Shown: piece after piece, positions 62,321 through 64,000 of the stretch
Position numbering within the stretch: position 1 is the stretch's first letter
How the letters are laid out: each line of letters opens with the position of its first letter
Virus record (IMG/VR): IMGVR_UViG_3300035520_001075
Location: 93,484-157,483 of that record
DNA from: a virus
Lineage: Duplodnaviria > Caudoviricetes
Direction: 5' to 3' (one strand)
DNA: 64,000 nucleotides
Notes under the pieces: generated by a model
Databases searched by the model: none
Seen by the model: only the letters and a program-made list of their open reading frames with translations
Told to the model about the DNA's origin: nothing
Program-made: the position numbers and the translations under genes

Positions 62321-62528
62321 AAATTTTAGAAAGCAACGAAAATAAAAATGAACTTTTTGTAAACAACTCGGCACTGGAAAAATATGTCCAATCTGTGAAC
62401 ACTTGGGCACTGTAGAATATGAATAAATTGTAAATGGAACGGCGGCGATGAGCAGGAAAATATGAACAAACTATTAACAAACTGTTATAAAAATAAAGAT
62501 AAAGAGTGGAAATTCCACTCTTTATTTA

Positions 62529-62906
62529 TTACTATTTTGTTTCTGAGTTGTAAAAATTTAAGTAGCAATTTAATTCTTTTTTAATATCTTCGGTAGTTCT
62601 TAATTTATAATTAAAGAATGAATATGATTTATCAATCTTAAGTTCATAGTTTTCTAAATTTTCATACTTATAATATTCATCTCCGCAAAGAATGAATAAG
62701 TAAGAATCTAAGAATTCTACAAAGCTTTTCATAGTTTCTTCATCTGTATTCTCATTAAGTTTAAAGATTTCGCCATTAAGAATACGATTAATTTTTATAG
62801 TTTCTTTATCGTTGTTGATATAGTGGCTTGTTTTTAAAACAAGTACTTCGCTATCCCACTGTTTTTTGTTTACATTCCATACTTTTAAAGCAACATTATA
62901 TTTCAT
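62529..62906 (-). CDS. Hypothetical protein ending TAG-TAA
   Basis: TAG at 62534-62532 is immediately followed by TAA. Confidence 0.65.
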
Positions 62907-63489
62907 ATTTTTATCCTTTTCTATGTTTTAAAGAGTTTATCATCTCTCTTACTGTACTTATATTATACCATATTTTGCGTGATTTGTCAAGGGTTTTTTC
63001 ACAACTTTTTAGAATTTTTTCAGCTTGTTGAGCTTGTTGAGCTTGTTGAGCTTGTTGAGCTTAAAAAGCCTTGCAAGCTTTTTTGTTTGCATTGCGGATT
63101 TTCTTTGCACGGTCTTTTTTTGAGAGATATGCATATTTACCAACATTAATTTTAATAGCCTTTGTCATTGTATCAAGTCCTTTCCCTTACTGTACTTATA
63201 TTATACCATATTTTAAGTGATTTGTCAATAGGCTTGAGAAAATTATTTTGTAAATATTTTATGAATTGTTCGGCTGCGTATTCCATAATACCTATAGACT
63301 TACTGGGTATTGAGCAGGAACAAATATGTCCATTTTGTGAACTGGCCTGCGGTATCAATACCTACTAAACCTATCGACTTAGTAGGAATTGAGCAGGAAC
63401 AAATATGTCCATTTTGTGAACTGGCTGGCGGCGACTTAATACCTACTAACTTAATAGGAATAGTAGATATTAAAAAAGAATGGGATTTT

Positions 63490-63747
63490 TTATAAATCCC
63501 ATCCCATAGTAGTCTCATAATCTGTTGCAATGTCAACGTCCCAGTAGATACCGTTGTCGTCAAAGTCAAATGTTGCTGTATTCTCATTGTTATCTGTTGT
63601 GATGATATAGCCGAGAATATAGTCGCCGTCGTTGTCTGTATAAGGTGCTAACGCTTTGAGAATGTCAATGTGATTTGCTTTAAGTGTTGCAAGAACTGTG
63701 TCAAAGTCCATTCCTGTGAAATCTGTTGTTTTAATAAAGTTTGTCAT
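63490..63747 (-). CDS. Acidic hypothetical protein
   Basis: GAGG RBS and promoter. Confidence 0.65.
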   Translation of the reverse strand: MTNFIKTTDFTGMDFDTVLATLKANHIDILKALAPYTDNDGDYILGYIITTDNNENTATFDFDDNGIYWDVDIATDYETTMGWDL

Positions 63748-63873
63748 AATATATACCTCTTACTTTTTTAATATTTAAGGGTTTGTCCTTTCCCTTACTG
63801 TACTTATATTATACCATATTTTAAGTGATTTGTCAATAGGCTTGAGAAAATTATTTTGTAAATATTTTGTGAA

Positions 63874-64000
63874 TTGCAAATCCAAAAATTATACTGCTTA
63901 TCGCACAACACCAAAATTTTTAGTATTTGCAAATCCAAAAATTATACTGCTTATCGCACAACACCAAAATTTTTAGTATTTGCAAATCCAAAAATTATAC
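63874..64000. repeat. Perfect 53-bp tandem repeat, at least 2.4 copies, continues past the window
   Basis: Unit TTGCAAATCC...TTTTTAGTAT starts at 63874, 63927 and 63980. Confidence 0.85.

Larger units (their letters stand above)
51580..63470 (+). repeat. Dispersed intergenic repeat families: A (TATTACGAWWWTGTGAAC-N4/5-SGGCR) and B (AATWCCTA-N9-TAGGWATT)
   Basis: About 40-45 A copies and 30+ B copies by eye, clustered between genes. Confidence 0.85.

Noticed and set aside
3940-63587. Numerous short antisense or out-of-frame track ORFs (e.g. 3940, 5995, 6062, 11221, 18510, 42229, 52624, 60179, 63162-63587)
   Set aside because: They overlap better-supported genes or repeats and lack an RBS.
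51580-64000. CRISPR array
   Set aside because: Motifs A and B are degenerate and irregularly spaced, the 53-bp repeat has no spacers, and there are no cas genes.

Overview
A 64-kb segment of an AT-rich large lytic phage genome. The host is probably a Firmicute of the Ruminococcus type, judged from sigma-A promoters, Ruminococcus-style dockerins and the amidase endolysin. The phage appears to use genetic code 15 (TAG=Gln). I found 20 in-frame TAG codons in 12 genes, and reading through them rebuilds conserved proteins such as a tail fibre, a holin, a 1256-aa protein, GIY-YIG nucleases and a replication-initiator-like wHTH protein. Every credible gene then ends in TAA or TGA. Layout: nucleotide-metabolism genes (0.5-3 kb); tail-fibre and lysis module (3.8-12.4 kb); dockerin-like and LRR proteins (12.6-17.9 kb); helicase, ThyX and methylase (18-25 kb); tRNA/ncRNA cluster plus RNA ligase and PNK (27.8-32.3 kb); small genes each with a strong promoter (33-48 kb); a candidate origin (48.4-51.7 kb); and a repeat-laden region of single-gene modules (51.5-64 kb). 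The main finding is the amber-suppressor tRNA gene (27967-28106). Its anticodon loop is interrupted by a 46-nt insert that is itself a mini-tRNA (7-bp acceptor stem, T-arm, ACCA). Precise removal restores a canonical CUCUAAA loop, and a TAG-free Rnl1-type RNA ligase and PNK are encoded about 2 kb downstream. This suggests a 'tRNA-within-a-tRNA' splicing switch controlling the code change; the mechanism is inference. All calls are by eye, with no database searches run.
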